Shown: positions 9,420 through 19,598 of the stretch, one piece after another
How the letters are laid out: each line of letters starts with the position of its first letter
Numbering within the stretch: the first letter of the stretch is position 1
Assembly: GCA_034530615.2 (NCBI GenBank)
Contig: JAVRCV020000034.1
Coordinates: 64,001 to 128,000 of the forward strand
Origin: Aulosira sp. ZfuVER01
GTDB lineage: Bacteria; Cyanobacteriota; Cyanobacteriia; Cyanobacteriales; Nostocaceae
Length of the DNA: 64,000 bases
Direction: 5' to 3'
Translations under genes and position numbers: made by a program
Notes under the pieces: generated by a model
Databases searched by the model: none
What the model was told of the DNA's origin: nothing
What the model saw: the letters and a program-made list of their open reading frames with translations, nothing else

Positions 9420-11039
9420 GTGGTTAACCCGGAAACACCATCTTTACGCAAAACAGTAGAAAGCCAGATTGTAGCTGTGACGGTATACACTAATACAGCC
9501 CTAGTGACAAGAAGGGGTACTGTTTCCTTAACAGGACAAGAACAGGAATTAGTTATTAGCTCACTACCAGTAACTTTAGAAACTGATTCGGTGAGGGTTG
9601 GTGGTACAGGTACAGTAGGAGTGCGGTTGCTAGGAGTCAGCAGCGATCGCACTTATACCACAGAACCAGTTGCAGAACGTGTGGCACAATTAACAAGGCA
9701 GATTCAGCAGTTAGAAGCAGAACAGCGCCACCTGCAAGCACAAATCGATGCTTTAGCATTGCAGTCTAGTTTTATCGCTGGTTTACGGGAAAAGACAGAG
9801 GAACCTTTTTCTCATAGTTTGGCGCGTAAAAACCTCAGTCTCAGCGAAACCCTGGATTTTCTCAACTTTCTGGGAAGTCAGTATAGCGAATATGCGATCG
9901 CTTCTGGAGAATGCAAAAGCCAACAAGAAGAACTAGAAAAGCAGTTACAAGTCCTCCGCACTTCATTACAAAAAATTCAAACACCCCACCCTAAAGAAAG
10001 TTTGAGCTTAATTGTAGCAGTGGAAGTTGTTGGTGCAGGCGAGTTTGAGCTAGAGCTATCTTACATTGTGAATCGCGCCAGTTGGACTCCGCTTTATGAC
10101 TTACGTTTTAGCCATACCAGCAACATTGTCAATCTCAGCTACTTAGCGGAAGTCACCCAAAGCACAGGCGAAGATTGGAAAGGCGTAGCTCTCACTCTTT
10201 CTACAGCTAGACCAGGATTAGGTACACTCCCACCAAAGCCAGAACCTTGGTATATAAGTACTTTCAGCCCAACAGTACGATTTGCGGAGCGTAAGTTTAG
10301 ACAAATGCCGAAGATGGCAAATCAATTAGCTGCTACTGGTGGAATGAATGAAGAAGAAGACGAAGTTGTGCAAGACAGTTTTATAGAAGCTGAAACTGTA
10401 GTTGCTGAAGTATCTAAAGAAGGAAGTGTAGTCACCTTTAAACTCAATGGTGGGGGTAACATTCCCAGTGATGGCGCACCCCATAAAACTACAATTTTTA
10501 ATGATGATTATCCTAGTAGCTGCGATTATGTAGCAATGCCGCGCTTAGTCAGCTTCGCTTATCTACAAGCTAAAGTAAAAAATAGCCCCAACAGTGCAAC
10601 TTTATTATCAGGAAAAGCAAATATTTTCCGTGACAATATGTTTGTGGGTACAACCAATTTAGAGAATGTTGCTCCAGGACAAGAATTCAAAATTAATTTA
10701 GGAATTGACGAAGGTTTAAAAATTGAGCGTGACTTAGTTGAGCGTCAAGTTGATAAAAAATTGATGAGTAGCCAGCGCCGTATTACTTATGGTTATCGGT
10801 TGATAATTACTAACTTGCTCAATCGAGAAACTCAGATCACTTTAACTGAACAATTGCCAGTTAGCCGCAATGAGCAAATAAAAGTACGTCTCACCCGCAG
10901 CAATCCCCAAATTCAACTTGGAGAAATGGGGATTTTGGAATGGGAGTTAACTCTATTAGCACAAGAAAAACGAGAGATATATTATCAATTTAATGTTGAG
11001 CATCCACCTGAATTAACAGTTATTGGTTTGGATATTTAG
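9420..11039 (+). CDS. DUF4140/DUF4139 (mucoidy inhibitor MuiA-like) protein
   Basis: VTVY...ALVTR, ASWTPLYDLR and QSTGEDW...LTLSTARP motifs. Confidence 0.85.
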   Translation: MVNPETPSLRKTVESQIVAVTVYTNTALVTRRGTVSLTGQEQELVISSLPVTLETDSVRVGGTGTVGVRLLGVSSDRTYTTEPVAERVAQLTRQIQQLEAEQRHLQAQIDALALQSSFIAGLREKTEEPFSHSLARKNLSLSETLDFLNFLGSQYSEYAIASGECKSQQEELEKQLQVLRTSLQKIQTPHPKESLSLIVAVEVVGAGEFELELSYIVNRASWTPLYDLRFSHTSNIVNLSYLAEVTQSTGEDWKGVALTLSTARPGLGTLPPKPEPWYISTFSPTVRFAERKFRQMPKMANQLAATGGMNEEEDEVVQDSFIEAETVVAEVSKEGSVVTFKLNGGGNIPSDGAPHKTTIFNDDYPSSCDYVAMPRLVSFAYLQAKVKNSPNSATLLSGKANIFRDNMFVGTTNLENVAPGQEFKINLGIDEGLKIERDLVERQVDKKLMSSQRRITYGYRLIITNLLNRETQITLTEQLPVSRNEQIKVRLTRSNPQIQLGEMGILEWELTLLAQEKREIYYQFNVEHPPELTVIGLDI

Positions 11040-11139
11040 AGATAGATTGAATCTAAAATAACTAAATGCCTAGCCTCTGCGCCTATAAACTCTTTTAAAG
11101 CCTATAATTAGAGCAATCATATACACCAGACGCTCCTGC

Positions 11140-11718
11140 ATGAACAGCGATCATCCAATTAAAATCCTGTTTTTAGCATCCGATCCCAGCGATGAATCTC
11201 GGCTACGCTTAGGGCAAGAGTTACGTGAAATTCGTGAGCGGCTGCAACTATCAAAAAACCGAGATAGATTTGTACTAGAGTCTCGTGAATCTGTACGTCC
11301 AGGAGATATCACTCAAGCAATCTTTGATGTTGAGCCACAGATTGTACATTTCTCTGGACATGGAAAAAGCACAGGCGAGATTTACTTTGAAAATTTATTA
11401 GGGAAAGCCCAGCCTGTAACACTCGATGCCTTAGCAGCGCTATTTAAAGAAGTAGCTGACCAAATCAATTGTGTAATATTGAATGCTTGTTATTCAGAAG
11501 CCCAAGCGAAAGCAATTGCAGAACACATCGAATTTGTAATTGGGATGAATCAAGCAATTGGAGATAACGCAGCTATAGCATTTACTGTTGGTTTTTACAA
11601 AGCATTAGGAGCAAATCGTTCCATTGATAAAGCTTACAAGTTTGGTTGTGTGGAAATTAATATACAAGGTATTTCAGAGCATTTAACTCCTGTTCTTTAC
11701 GAAAAAAAAAACAGCTAA
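11140..11718 (+). CDS. Stand-alone CHAT (caspase-like) domain protein
   Basis: ILFLASDP..LRLGQE.REI, IVHFSGHG (His) and VILNACYS (Cys); ends EKKNS* across an A10 run. Confidence 0.88.
   Translation: MNSDHPIKILFLASDPSDESRLRLGQELREIRERLQLSKNRDRFVLESRESVRPGDITQAIFDVEPQIVHFSGHGKSTGEIYFENLLGKAQPVTLDALAALFKEVADQINCVILNACYSEAQAKAIAEHIEFVIGMNQAIGDNAAIAFTVGFYKALGANRSIDKAYKFGCVEINIQGISEHLTPVLYEKKNS
11701..11712 (+). other. Slippery homopolymer G-A10-C linking the CHAT ORF to the downstream ORF (-1 frame)
   Basis: GAAAAAAAAAAC. The -1 frame reads KKKQLKNNLEPAKYILVLSATID... with no stop up to 13280. Confidence 0.6.
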
Positions 11719-11747
11719 AGAATAACCTAGAACCAGCTAAATATATA

Positions 11748-13280
11748 TTGGTATTAAGCGCCACTATTGATGAAGTTAACAAGCCACTAGCAGAAGCTAT
11801 TGTTGCCCATTTGCGTCAAATATCTGGAGATGCATCATTGACACTACAGAGAATTGAGGTTGGTAGTGTAAAACTAGTCTTAGAAGGTTCTCAAGAGGGA
11901 TTGGAGCGAATTTTGGCTCTACTTAGAGAAGGAAAGCTGACTGAGATATCAGGAATTTCTGTCCAGGATGTGCAAGTTGTCGCTTCGTCTAAACAGGAAA
12001 GCAATAGTCCACCACTTAGAAGAGTAACTATAAACTCACAACCAGAAGAAATTGTTGTTGAATCTATTAATGATGCTGCTTCTAGGAGACAGGGAATCGC
12101 TACCCTAAGACAGGGTTTTGAGGAACGGAATCTGCCTATGCTAACAGAAGCAGAAAAACTGGCGCAATATTGGCGAACTCGTCTATTAGCGGAGTGTCCA
12201 GAACAAAGCGCAGCAGATCAAGAAAGTATCATTCTCTGGTTATTGGGACGTGATTCCCAACGGTTGGATCTGCTCAACCCCAAGGAACTTGAGATTGCCA
12301 AGCAAGCAATGGAATATCGCTATCGAATTTTACTGCAACGTTACCTGGGAGTAGCACGAGAACGTGCTTATCGCAACCTAATCACGCGGCTGGCCAGTTT
12401 GATGACATTGCGCAATAAAATTCAGACTTGGGTTTCCCTCAGCCGTGATCGCCAGCGGAGTGTAATAGATGTATTACAAGAAATCATCCAGGAATTACTG
12501 CAAAGCGATAGCTACATCCAAGATCAAATGGCTTGTATCGCTGAAATTACCACCGACAGGCGGCTGCGAGATACGCTACTGTTTGCCAGTATCGAAGAAT
12601 ATTGTTTGCGCCCAGTACGCAATCAGCCGTTGCTGGTTTACCGCTTTGTCAACTACCTGCGCCGTACTCAACGGGGTGGGTTAACTCAAGTGCCTGGTAG
12701 CGACTTGATTAGGCTAGTTTCCGAAGAAATTCTCACCGATGACAGCGACAATCGAGTTAACTTGGTTGATAGTCAGGCGATCGCAGAATATCAAGAAGCG
12801 CAGGAACTAGAAGAACAACAAGTATTGCGTCAAGCTGTACAACAAGAATTTGAAGAATATTTACAAGAAAACCTCGGCACAGAAGCCGTAGAGTGGCTAC
12901 GCCTGTATCTGCAAGGTAAGTCCCAAGACGAAATCGCCAAGAAACTAAATAAACAAATTAAAGAAGTATACCGACTGCGGGAAAAAATTAGCTACCATGC
13001 AGTGCGTGTGTTTGCTCTCAAAGGGAAACCGGAACTAGTGGAAAACTGGCTGGCAATTTCTTTGCAAGAACACAACTTGGGGTTAACACAAAACCAATGG
13101 CAGCAACTCTATGAACAATTGACTCCACTTGGGCAGCAGATTTTAGATTTACGCAAAGCTGGCAACTCAATCGAAGCAATAGCTCAACAGTTAAATATCA
13201 AAACCTATCAAGTGATGGGTGAATGGACAAAAGTCTATCTTGTCGCCCAAGCTTTAAGAACTCAAGATCAAGCTAAGTGA
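11748..13280 (+). CDS. HetZ-related regulator (sigma-like/HTH) carrying an extra N-terminal alpha/beta domain
   Basis: Core resembles cyanobacterial HetZ-related proteins (SIILWLLG, MEYRYRILLQRYLG, EEYCLRP, REKISYHA). Likely native ATG at 12138; the TTG at 11748 lacks an RBS. Confidence 0.75.
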   Translation: MVLSATIDEVNKPLAEAIVAHLRQISGDASLTLQRIEVGSVKLVLEGSQEGLERILALLREGKLTEISGISVQDVQVVASSKQESNSPPLRRVTINSQPEEIVVESINDAASRRQGIATLRQGFEERNLPMLTEAEKLAQYWRTRLLAECPEQSAADQESIILWLLGRDSQRLDLLNPKELEIAKQAMEYRYRILLQRYLGVARERAYRNLITRLASLMTLRNKIQTWVSLSRDRQRSVIDVLQEIIQELLQSDSYIQDQMACIAEITTDRRLRDTLLFASIEEYCLRPVRNQPLLVYRFVNYLRRTQRGGLTQVPGSDLIRLVSEEILTDDSDNRVNLVDSQAIAEYQEAQELEEQQVLRQAVQQEFEEYLQENLGTEAVEWLRLYLQGKSQDEIAKKLNKQIKEVYRLREKISYHAVRVFALKGKPELVENWLAISLQEHNLGLTQNQWQQLYEQLTPLGQQILDLRKAGNSIEAIAQQLNIKTYQVMGEWTKVYLVAQALRTQDQAK

Positions 13281-13381
13281 TAGTTGTATTTCGCCCGCTA
13301 AAAGCTTGGTTCTAGGTTAAGACGGTAATGACATTGGTGAAATAGCAGGTTCTATTATCCGGTTTAGGAGAGCGATAGTAG

Positions 13382-14362
13382 CTAACGTAAAACTAAGTCA
13401 GTAATTAATGGTGCATGGTCAGAATTAGCATTTGCGCCTGTATAGATTTGAGCTACACTAAAATGCTTACTGACGAAACAATGGTCAATAGGAATATTCA
13501 TCAACGGGATGATCCAGCTTGGTAGAGTTACGTGAGTTGCTGGTCGTGGCCAGCTTGGTAAAATACCAAAACCTAAGCGAGTATTGTGCAAATTTGTTTT
13601 ATTGATAAATCGTCGGTAATAAGGCGACCAAGGTGTTAAGTTAAAATCTCCCATTAAAACTACTGGCTGATTCAGTTCTCGAATATAATCACTCAACGCT
13701 GCTAGCTGAAGATTACGTCTATGAAAATTATTGCGAGTTATAGGTACTATGGGATGAGTTCCAATTAACTTAATAGGCTGTTTATCGACTGTTAAGGTTG
13801 CTATAAGGTTATGACCGCCTTTGCCATTGAAATTATCTGCCTTTACATCTTGAATGGGTAAGCGACTAAATATTGCCAGTCCACCACCAGGACTTCTAAA
13901 AGAATAAGGCAGAGTATTTTTTAAACCAGCGTTTAAATTGTCGAAGCCACTGCGATTAATTTCCAAAAATAAAGCTACATCAGGGCGATTATCCTGCACT
14001 ACATTAATAACTTCTTTGTCATCATTATTTTGAATATTAATGTTAAAAGATAAAAGCCGAATTTGTTTAGTTGGATTACCAGCTAACTGTTGCGAATGAG
14101 GTAGATACCAAGGAAGCACCTCAATTACATTCAAACCCACAAGTAATAAAGCTGCAAGAACTATGATTTTACTCTTGAGATGGAGGGTTTTCCAAAGAAT
14201 ACTTAAAATCAGAGTAGCTATTAACGATAAAACTAAATAGTGAACTCGAAAATGAGCGAGTAGTTCTAGCGGCCAGAACCAAGCCATGTAGCTACCGAAA
14301 GATAGCAATCCTAAAATCAAAATGGTAGCGGTTGCGACAATTAAAAGTATTCGTTGGTTCAT
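13382..14362 (-). CDS. Endonuclease/exonuclease/phosphatase family membrane protein
   Basis: N-terminal TM helices; LLSFN, MGDFNLTPWS, IDH and SDH motifs. Confidence 0.88.
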   Translation of the reverse strand: MNQRILLIVATATILILGLLSFGSYMAWFWPLELLAHFRVHYLVLSLIATLILSILWKTLHLKSKIIVLAALLLVGLNVIEVLPWYLPHSQQLAGNPTKQIRLLSFNINIQNNDDKEVINVVQDNRPDVALFLEINRSGFDNLNAGLKNTLPYSFRSPGGGLAIFSRLPIQDVKADNFNGKGGHNLIATLTVDKQPIKLIGTHPIVPITRNNFHRRNLQLAALSDYIRELNQPVVLMGDFNLTPWSPYYRRFINKTNLHNTRLGFGILPSWPRPATHVTLPSWIIPLMNIPIDHCFVSKHFSVAQIYTGANANSDHAPLITDLVLR

Positions 14363-14565
14363 GGTTAATTGATTGGAGCAAATACAGCCTCATCAATTAA
14401 CATCAAATATCATTCACTATTTTTCGGAAAGATAAAAGGACAGGTGATTGAATTACCACAATCAGCTGTCCAGATAGAACGCCAGCTTAAGCAGCTAACT
14501 TAGCGGCAAAATGCGAGAATTGAGGAATTGCACCCAATGCTATTGTTTCGTTTGCGAGAAGAATG

Positions 14566-14766
14566 CTACTGATCCTCTGGAAGAACCCATTTTGGCGGTT
14601 CCGTCATTTTTCGTCGCAGTCGTTCTTCTGCTATCTCCAGCATTTTATCTAAAGAAGTATCTTCAATAAATTGTGCTGCTGCTTCTCTAAACTCAACATT
14701 GGGGCATTTATCCCCTAAAACACAACCATTAACGCAGGCCTCAGCGCAGTTAATCTTTTGCTCCAC
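14566..14766 (-). CDS. Small Cys-rich hypothetical protein
   Basis: 66 aa, NCAEACVNGCVLGDKCPN; GAGGGA RBS before a GTG start. Confidence 0.75.
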   Translation of the reverse strand: MEQKINCAEACVNGCVLGDKCPNVEFREAAAQFIEDTSLDKMLEIAEERLRRKMTEPPKWVLPEDQ

Positions 14767-14995
14767 AGTGAATCCCTCTCTATCAGAGCGTTTGTCTACT
14801 CTTCAGATAAATCTTACCTTGCTACTTGCCCTCCTAGTAGTTTAAATACTAACCATCTAATTTGGACTTCTGTCCATAGTAGGAGAAAACCTAAAGGTTA
14901 AGGGAAACAGGAAAGTCCAGCCCTTGAACCCTTTCCTTACCTCATGCAAAAGTACTTGTTACGCTAACCATATATATTTGCTTGCAAGGGCGCTC

Positions 14996-16390
14996 ATGTC
15001 GGAAATATTTGCCACTACTGGAACCATCGCCGCGATCGCAACTGCTGTTGTCCCCCAACAGGGTAGCGTGGGTATTGTGCGGGTGTCTGGTTCTCAAGCG
15101 ATCGCGATCGCCCAAATTCTTTTTCAAGCGCCTGGTCGTCAGGTTTGGGAAAGTCACCGCATTCTCTATGGCTACATCCGCCACCCCAAAACGCAAGAAC
15201 TAGTGGATGAAGCTTTGTTGTTGATTATGCAAGCACCCCGTTCTTACACCCGTGAAGATGTGGTGGAATTCCATTGTCACGGCGGAATTATGGCAGTGCA
15301 GCAAGTGTTGCAACTGTGTTTGGAAAATGGCGCCAGGCTGGCACAGCCGGGAGAATTTACGCTCCGCGCCTTTTTGAATGGGCGATTAGATTTGACACAA
15401 GCCGAAGGTATTGCGGATTTAGTGGGAGCGCGATCGCCGCAAGCTGCTCAAACTGCCTTAGCTGGCTTACAAGGTAAATTAGCTCATCCGATTCGACAGT
15501 TACGCGCTAACTGTTTGGATATTTTGGCAGAAATCGAAGCTCGAATCGATTTTGAAGAAGACTTACCTCCGCTGGATGATAAAGCGATCGTATCAGCAAT
15601 TGAGAACATCGCCGCAGAAATTAGTAAATTACTGGCAACCAAAGACAAAGGCGAACTGCTACGCACAGGTTTAAAAGTGGCAATTGTCGGGCGACCAAAT
15701 GTCGGTAAATCGAGCTTGCTGAACGCTTGGAGTCGGAGCGATCGCGCCATCGTCACCGATTTACCTGGTACAACCCGCGATGTTGTCGAATCTCAGTTAG
15801 TTGTTGGGGGTATTCCCGTGCAGGTGCTAGATACGGCGGGCATTCGGGAAACAACAGACCAGGTAGAAAAAATTGGTGTCGAGCGATCGCGCCGTGCCGC
15901 TAATGCTGCCGATCTAGTGCTGTTAACCATCGACGCTGCCGCAGGTTGGACAGAAGGCGATCGCGAAATTTACGAACAAGTGCAACACCGTCCTTTGATT
16001 CTCGCGATCAACAAAATTGATTTAGTAGAAGAAAGTGTCAAAAACAATCTTCAATCCCAAATTGAAAATCCCAAATGTAAAATTTTGACAGCAGCAGCAC
16101 AAAATCAAGGTATTGAAGATTTAGAAACAGCAATTTTAGAAATAGTTCAGGCTGGTAAAGTCCAAGCTGCTGATATGGATTTAGCGATTAACCAAAGACA
16201 AGCAGCAGCCTTAACCAAAGCAAAAATCTCTTTAGAGCAAGTGCAAACTACCATTACTCAGCAACTACCCTTAGACTTTTGGACAATTGACTTACGAGAT
16301 GCAGTTTATGCATTAGGAGAAATTACTGGCGAGGAGGTTACAGAATCAGTGCTTGACAGAATTTTTAGTAAGTTTTGCATTGGTAAATAA
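14996..16390 (+). CDS. mnmE: tRNA modification GTPase MnmE
   Basis: [37 protein letters not shown] and C-terminal FCIGK. Confidence 0.97.
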   Translation: MSEIFATTGTIAAIATAVVPQQGSVGIVRVSGSQAIAIAQILFQAPGRQVWESHRILYGYIRHPKTQELVDEALLLIMQAPRSYTREDVVEFHCHGGIMAVQQVLQLCLENGARLAQPGEFTLRAFLNGRLDLTQAEGIADLVGARSPQAAQTALAGLQGKLAHPIRQLRANCLDILAEIEARIDFEEDLPPLDDKAIVSAIENIAAEISKLLATKDKGELLRTGLKVAIVGRPNVGKSSLLNAWSRSDRAIVTDLPGTTRDVVESQLVVGGIPVQVLDTAGIRETTDQVEKIGVERSRRAANAADLVLLTIDAAAGWTEGDREIYEQVQHRPLILAINKIDLVEESVKNNLQSQIENPKCKILTAAAQNQGIEDLETAILEIVQAGKVQAADMDLAINQRQAAALTKAKISLEQVQTTITQQLPLDFWTIDLRDAVYALGEITGEEVTESVLDRIFSKFCIGK

Positions 16391-16397
16391 ATATAAG

Positions 16398-16520
16398 CAG
16401 GCAATAGGTAATGGTCATTTGTCATTGGTTAATGGGCATAGGGCATAGGGCATTGAAAATTGCTATTTCTCCTTTGTCCCATTTTTCCCCACACTCCTTT
16501 GCCTCTGTGCCCCTTTCAAG
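16398..16520. repeat. STRR heptamer tract (GGGCATA/GGTCATT type)
   Basis: atgggcatagggcatagggcattg and related units downstream of mnmE. Confidence 0.6.
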
Positions 16521-16720
16521 GATACGTCTGGGGAATAGCAGAAGTTAAAGTTTTGTGATTGCCCAGATTCTGAATAGATGCCAGCAACCCATACATACAA
16601 GCCTTTGAGTAAATGTTTAGTCAATTTTAAAAAGTAACGTTGGGGAAAAACACCCACTAATAGCCCCATAAGGCTGATGTACAATGCAAAGAAATGTGTA
16701 AATTATGAGTGGCCGATCTA

Positions 16721-17086
16721 ATGATGTCATCAGAAGCGAATACAAAATCCAGCGATAAAAGCCTAGAGGCAATGCGGCATTTTTCCGAACAATACGCCAA
16801 GCGTACTGGAACCTACTTTTGTTCTGAACCTTCTGTGACAGCAGTTGTGATCGAAGGGCTAGCCAAACATAAAGACGAACTTGGTGCGCCTTTGTGTCCC
16901 TGCCGTCACTATGAAGATAAAGAAGCTGAGGTACACGCCACCTACTGGAACTGTCCCTGCGTGCCCATGAGAGAACGCAAAGAGTGCCATTGTATGCTGT
17001 TTCTCACCTCAGACAATGAGTTTGCTGGAGACAAGCAAGACATTACTCTAGATGTAATCAAAGAAGTGCGAGAAAGTATGGCATGA
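16721..17086 (+). CDS. ftrC: Ferredoxin-thioredoxin reductase catalytic subunit
   Basis: CPC, CPC and CHC motifs. Confidence 0.95.
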   Translation: MMSSEANTKSSDKSLEAMRHFSEQYAKRTGTYFCSEPSVTAVVIEGLAKHKDELGAPLCPCRHYEDKEAEVHATYWNCPCVPMRERKECHCMLFLTSDNEFAGDKQDITLDVIKEVRESMA

Positions 17087-17481
17087 GTGAAACCATGCCC
17101 CAAGAGTTTTGGCTAGGCGTAGAACAGTTCAATTCTGGGCAGTTCTATGCCTGTCATGATACTTTAGAGGCTTTGTGGATTGAAGCCAGCGAACCGGAAA
17201 AAAGCTTCTATCAAGGAATTCTCCAAATTGCTGTAGCGCTTTATCATTTGGGTAATCATAACTGGCGAGGTGCTGTAATTCTATTGGGAGAAGGCACTAA
17301 TCGTCTGCGACGCTACCCTGATGATTATGCTGGCATCGATTTAGAAGCGTTATTGAGCCACAGTGTGGCATTGTTGCAAGCATTACAGCAAACAGGCCCG
17401 GATCGGATTGCTGCTGATGATTCGGGTGAAGCTGATACATTACCTTTGCCCAGGATTGACTTAATCAATGATGAGCAATAG
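17083..17481 (+). CDS. DUF309 protein
   Basis: FN..QFYACHDTLEALW...QGILQIAVALYH; ATGA overlap with ftrC. Confidence 0.88.
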   Translation: MSETMPQEFWLGVEQFNSGQFYACHDTLEALWIEASEPEKSFYQGILQIAVALYHLGNHNWRGAVILLGEGTNRLRRYPDDYAGIDLEALLSHSVALLQALQQTGPDRIAADDSGEADTLPLPRIDLINDEQ

Positions 17482-17527
17482 TCAGGGCTGACCAAAAAGA
17501 CAGGGGAGCAGGGAAAGGTGTAGATTT

Positions 17528-17561
17528 TTCATAAAAGCGTGAGTTAAGACGCTTTTATGAA
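17528..17561. terminator. Hairpin between convergent genes (likely bidirectional terminator)
   Basis: Perfect 13-bp inverted repeat TTCATAAAAGCGT / ACGCTTTTATGAA. Confidence 0.65.
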
Positions 17562-17617
17562 TACGATAATCAGCTTTTTCATTCTTCCCCGATCGCACTT
17601 CCCACATTCTGTGATCT

Positions 17618-18352
17618 CTATCTCTTCAACACCAACACTTCATGCAGCATCACAGCTAAATCTTGCAATGCACGTTCGCCATCCCCCACAAACGTTGAAC
17701 CATGCATTGTTGCTAGTGTCCGTGGCTTGAGTGCTGCTAAATCTCGAAGAATGCGCTCTGTATGTGTTGTGTAGGGAATGTAATTAGGAAAGGGGCTAGC
17801 TTCATAATTGACAATTGTTTGACGCGATCGCTCAATGACATCAGACTCAGTTACTGGCTCTACATCTCCGAACTGATGACAAAGGTCAGAACACAGCAGT
17901 GTTTTATGGGTAGTTTCAAACAACAATCCTGCGTCCCAACCGTGGGGAACTTGTGGTGTATGCTGAAACTGAAAGCGATATTTCCCAGTGTTCAAGACTT
18001 CAGTATGTTCCAAAGTTTTCGATGGACGAATGGCAAAGTCATCTACACTGACAAAAGCTGCGATCGGGCTACAAACAGTCTGAGCATTTGGTGCAATAGT
18101 TAGCCATTCATTGAGCGCTCCACACTCGTCCGCTTCAAAATGACTAAAGCTAATCCAGCGCATCTGTGACGGATCAATAATCTTTGCTACTGCATCCCGT
18201 ACTAGTGGAAACATCCCTTTCAAACCAGTATGAAACAATAATGGTTCTTCGTCCTTAACCAAAAACTGAATAAATTGCATATCTATTTTTGGTTCATAGG
18301 TAGAGAGGCGATAGATATCCGGAGCAATTTCGGTAATGTTAGTCATACACAA
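17618..18352 (-). CDS. MBL-fold metallo-protein (FprA/ODP-like di-iron domain)
   Basis: [17 protein letters not shown] and MHG motifs. Confidence 0.82.
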   Translation of the reverse strand: MCMTNITEIAPDIYRLSTYEPKIDMQFIQFLVKDEEPLLFHTGLKGMFPLVRDAVAKIIDPSQMRWISFSHFEADECGALNEWLTIAPNAQTVCSPIAAFVSVDDFAIRPSKTLEHTEVLNTGKYRFQFQHTPQVPHGWDAGLLFETTHKTLLCSDLCHQFGDVEPVTESDVIERSRQTIVNYEASPFPNYIPYTTHTERILRDLAALKPRTLATMHGSTFVGDGERALQDLAVMLHEVLVLKR

Positions 18353-18452
18353 TTCAAAACTTTCTATTAAATTAGAAAAGCTAGATAATAAAAAGATTTC
18401 TGAAGAAAGTATCTGTTGCTGAATTTTGGCTAATTGATATTAGTCTTGCAAT

Positions 18453-18839
18453 TCATATAGGTAACAAAGAAACATGGGCAGAAACCACCTTCCATCCTTC
18501 AGAAAATCTGTACCAAGTTTGGCTTTGTCGTCCAAAACGCTCTACACCATTGATAATCCGGCGAAATTCTAGCGTTACAGTTGCTGTATCTTTGCCAAAC
18601 GTCACAACTTTGAGATTGAAAATTTCGCGCTCAATTGTTGGGTTCGGTCGAGAGGCACGAAAATTACGAATCTCTTCACTACCGTAGAGGTTTTCTGCTA
18701 AACCAAAGCGTACTACTTCTGATGCATCCCAAAATAGACTATCCATCACCTCTAGATTGTTATTGACTAAAGCTTCTTCGTACTTGAGGTACAAAGCAGT
18801 GACTTCATTCACAACAGTAGGGTCATTAACTATAGTCAT
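18453..18839 (-). CDS. AtzH/HpxZ-like (DUF3225, SnoaL fold) protein
   Basis: YEEALV.N, VRFG..ENLYG, GRQSQTW and W.VVSAHVS motifs. Confidence 0.85.
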   Translation of the reverse strand: MTIVNDPTVVNEVTALYLKYEEALVNNNLEVMDSLFWDASEVVRFGLAENLYGSEEIRNFRASRPNPTIEREIFNLKVVTFGKDTATVTLEFRRIINGVERFGRQSQTWYRFSEGWKVVSAHVSLLPI

Positions 18840-19151
18840 TGTTATTATAAATTTGGGTGAGATAGCTGATTATGTCATTTTAATTAGTCATCCAAGTGTT
18901 GAAAAATCTCACAATAGTCTTGGTTGATTATTTGCAACAATTACAAATGACAAGTCTGGAAATATCCTCTGGAGAATGGGCAATAAAATCAGCGCCCTAA
19001 GTCTTCAATTCTTTCTTAGTTCTATAGCGATATCATACCAATTGCATTGTTGAGATTGAGTTATAAAACGAAGCCCGGTAAGCTGACTCATATACCGTAG
19101 TTTATCTGACTAGGAACTCAGCACAAATCTATCTCAGGAAGCAAGTAATTT

Positions 19152-19598
19152 ATGACTCAAAAAGCAGAAGTATATCGATTTATCCTCGCTTTTGTGGCTG
19201 GCTTTCTGGCAGTGCTGGTATTTCACCAAGGTTTACTCGCACTGCTACACGCCATTAACTTTACCCCGCGTCCAGCCTATCAAACTACACCCACACAGCC
19301 TTTTGGTATCCCGCAATTTCTCTCAAGTGCTTTTTGGGGAGGAATTTGGGGTTTAGTTTGGGCAGCGATCGCAGTACGCTGGCAAGTAAACAAAAATTAT
19401 TGGTTAGCAGCGCTGATTTTTGGTGCAGTTGCACCAACATTAATTGCCTGGTTTATTGTTGCACCATTAAAAGGTCTGCCTATAGCTGGCGGTTGGAAAC
19501 CAGCTGCTATGATTACAGGTTTATTGATTAACGGTGCTTGGGGATTGGGAACAGCTTTATTATTTAATTGGTTTGCCAGAAGACAAATATTGCAGTGA
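19152..19598 (+). CDS. Hypothetical membrane protein
   Basis: 148 aa, about four hydrophobic helices. Confidence 0.75.
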   Translation: MTQKAEVYRFILAFVAGFLAVLVFHQGLLALLHAINFTPRPAYQTTPTQPFGIPQFLSSAFWGGIWGLVWAAIAVRWQVNKNYWLAALIFGAVAPTLIAWFIVAPLKGLPIAGGWKPAAMITGLLINGAWGLGTALLFNWFARRQILQ

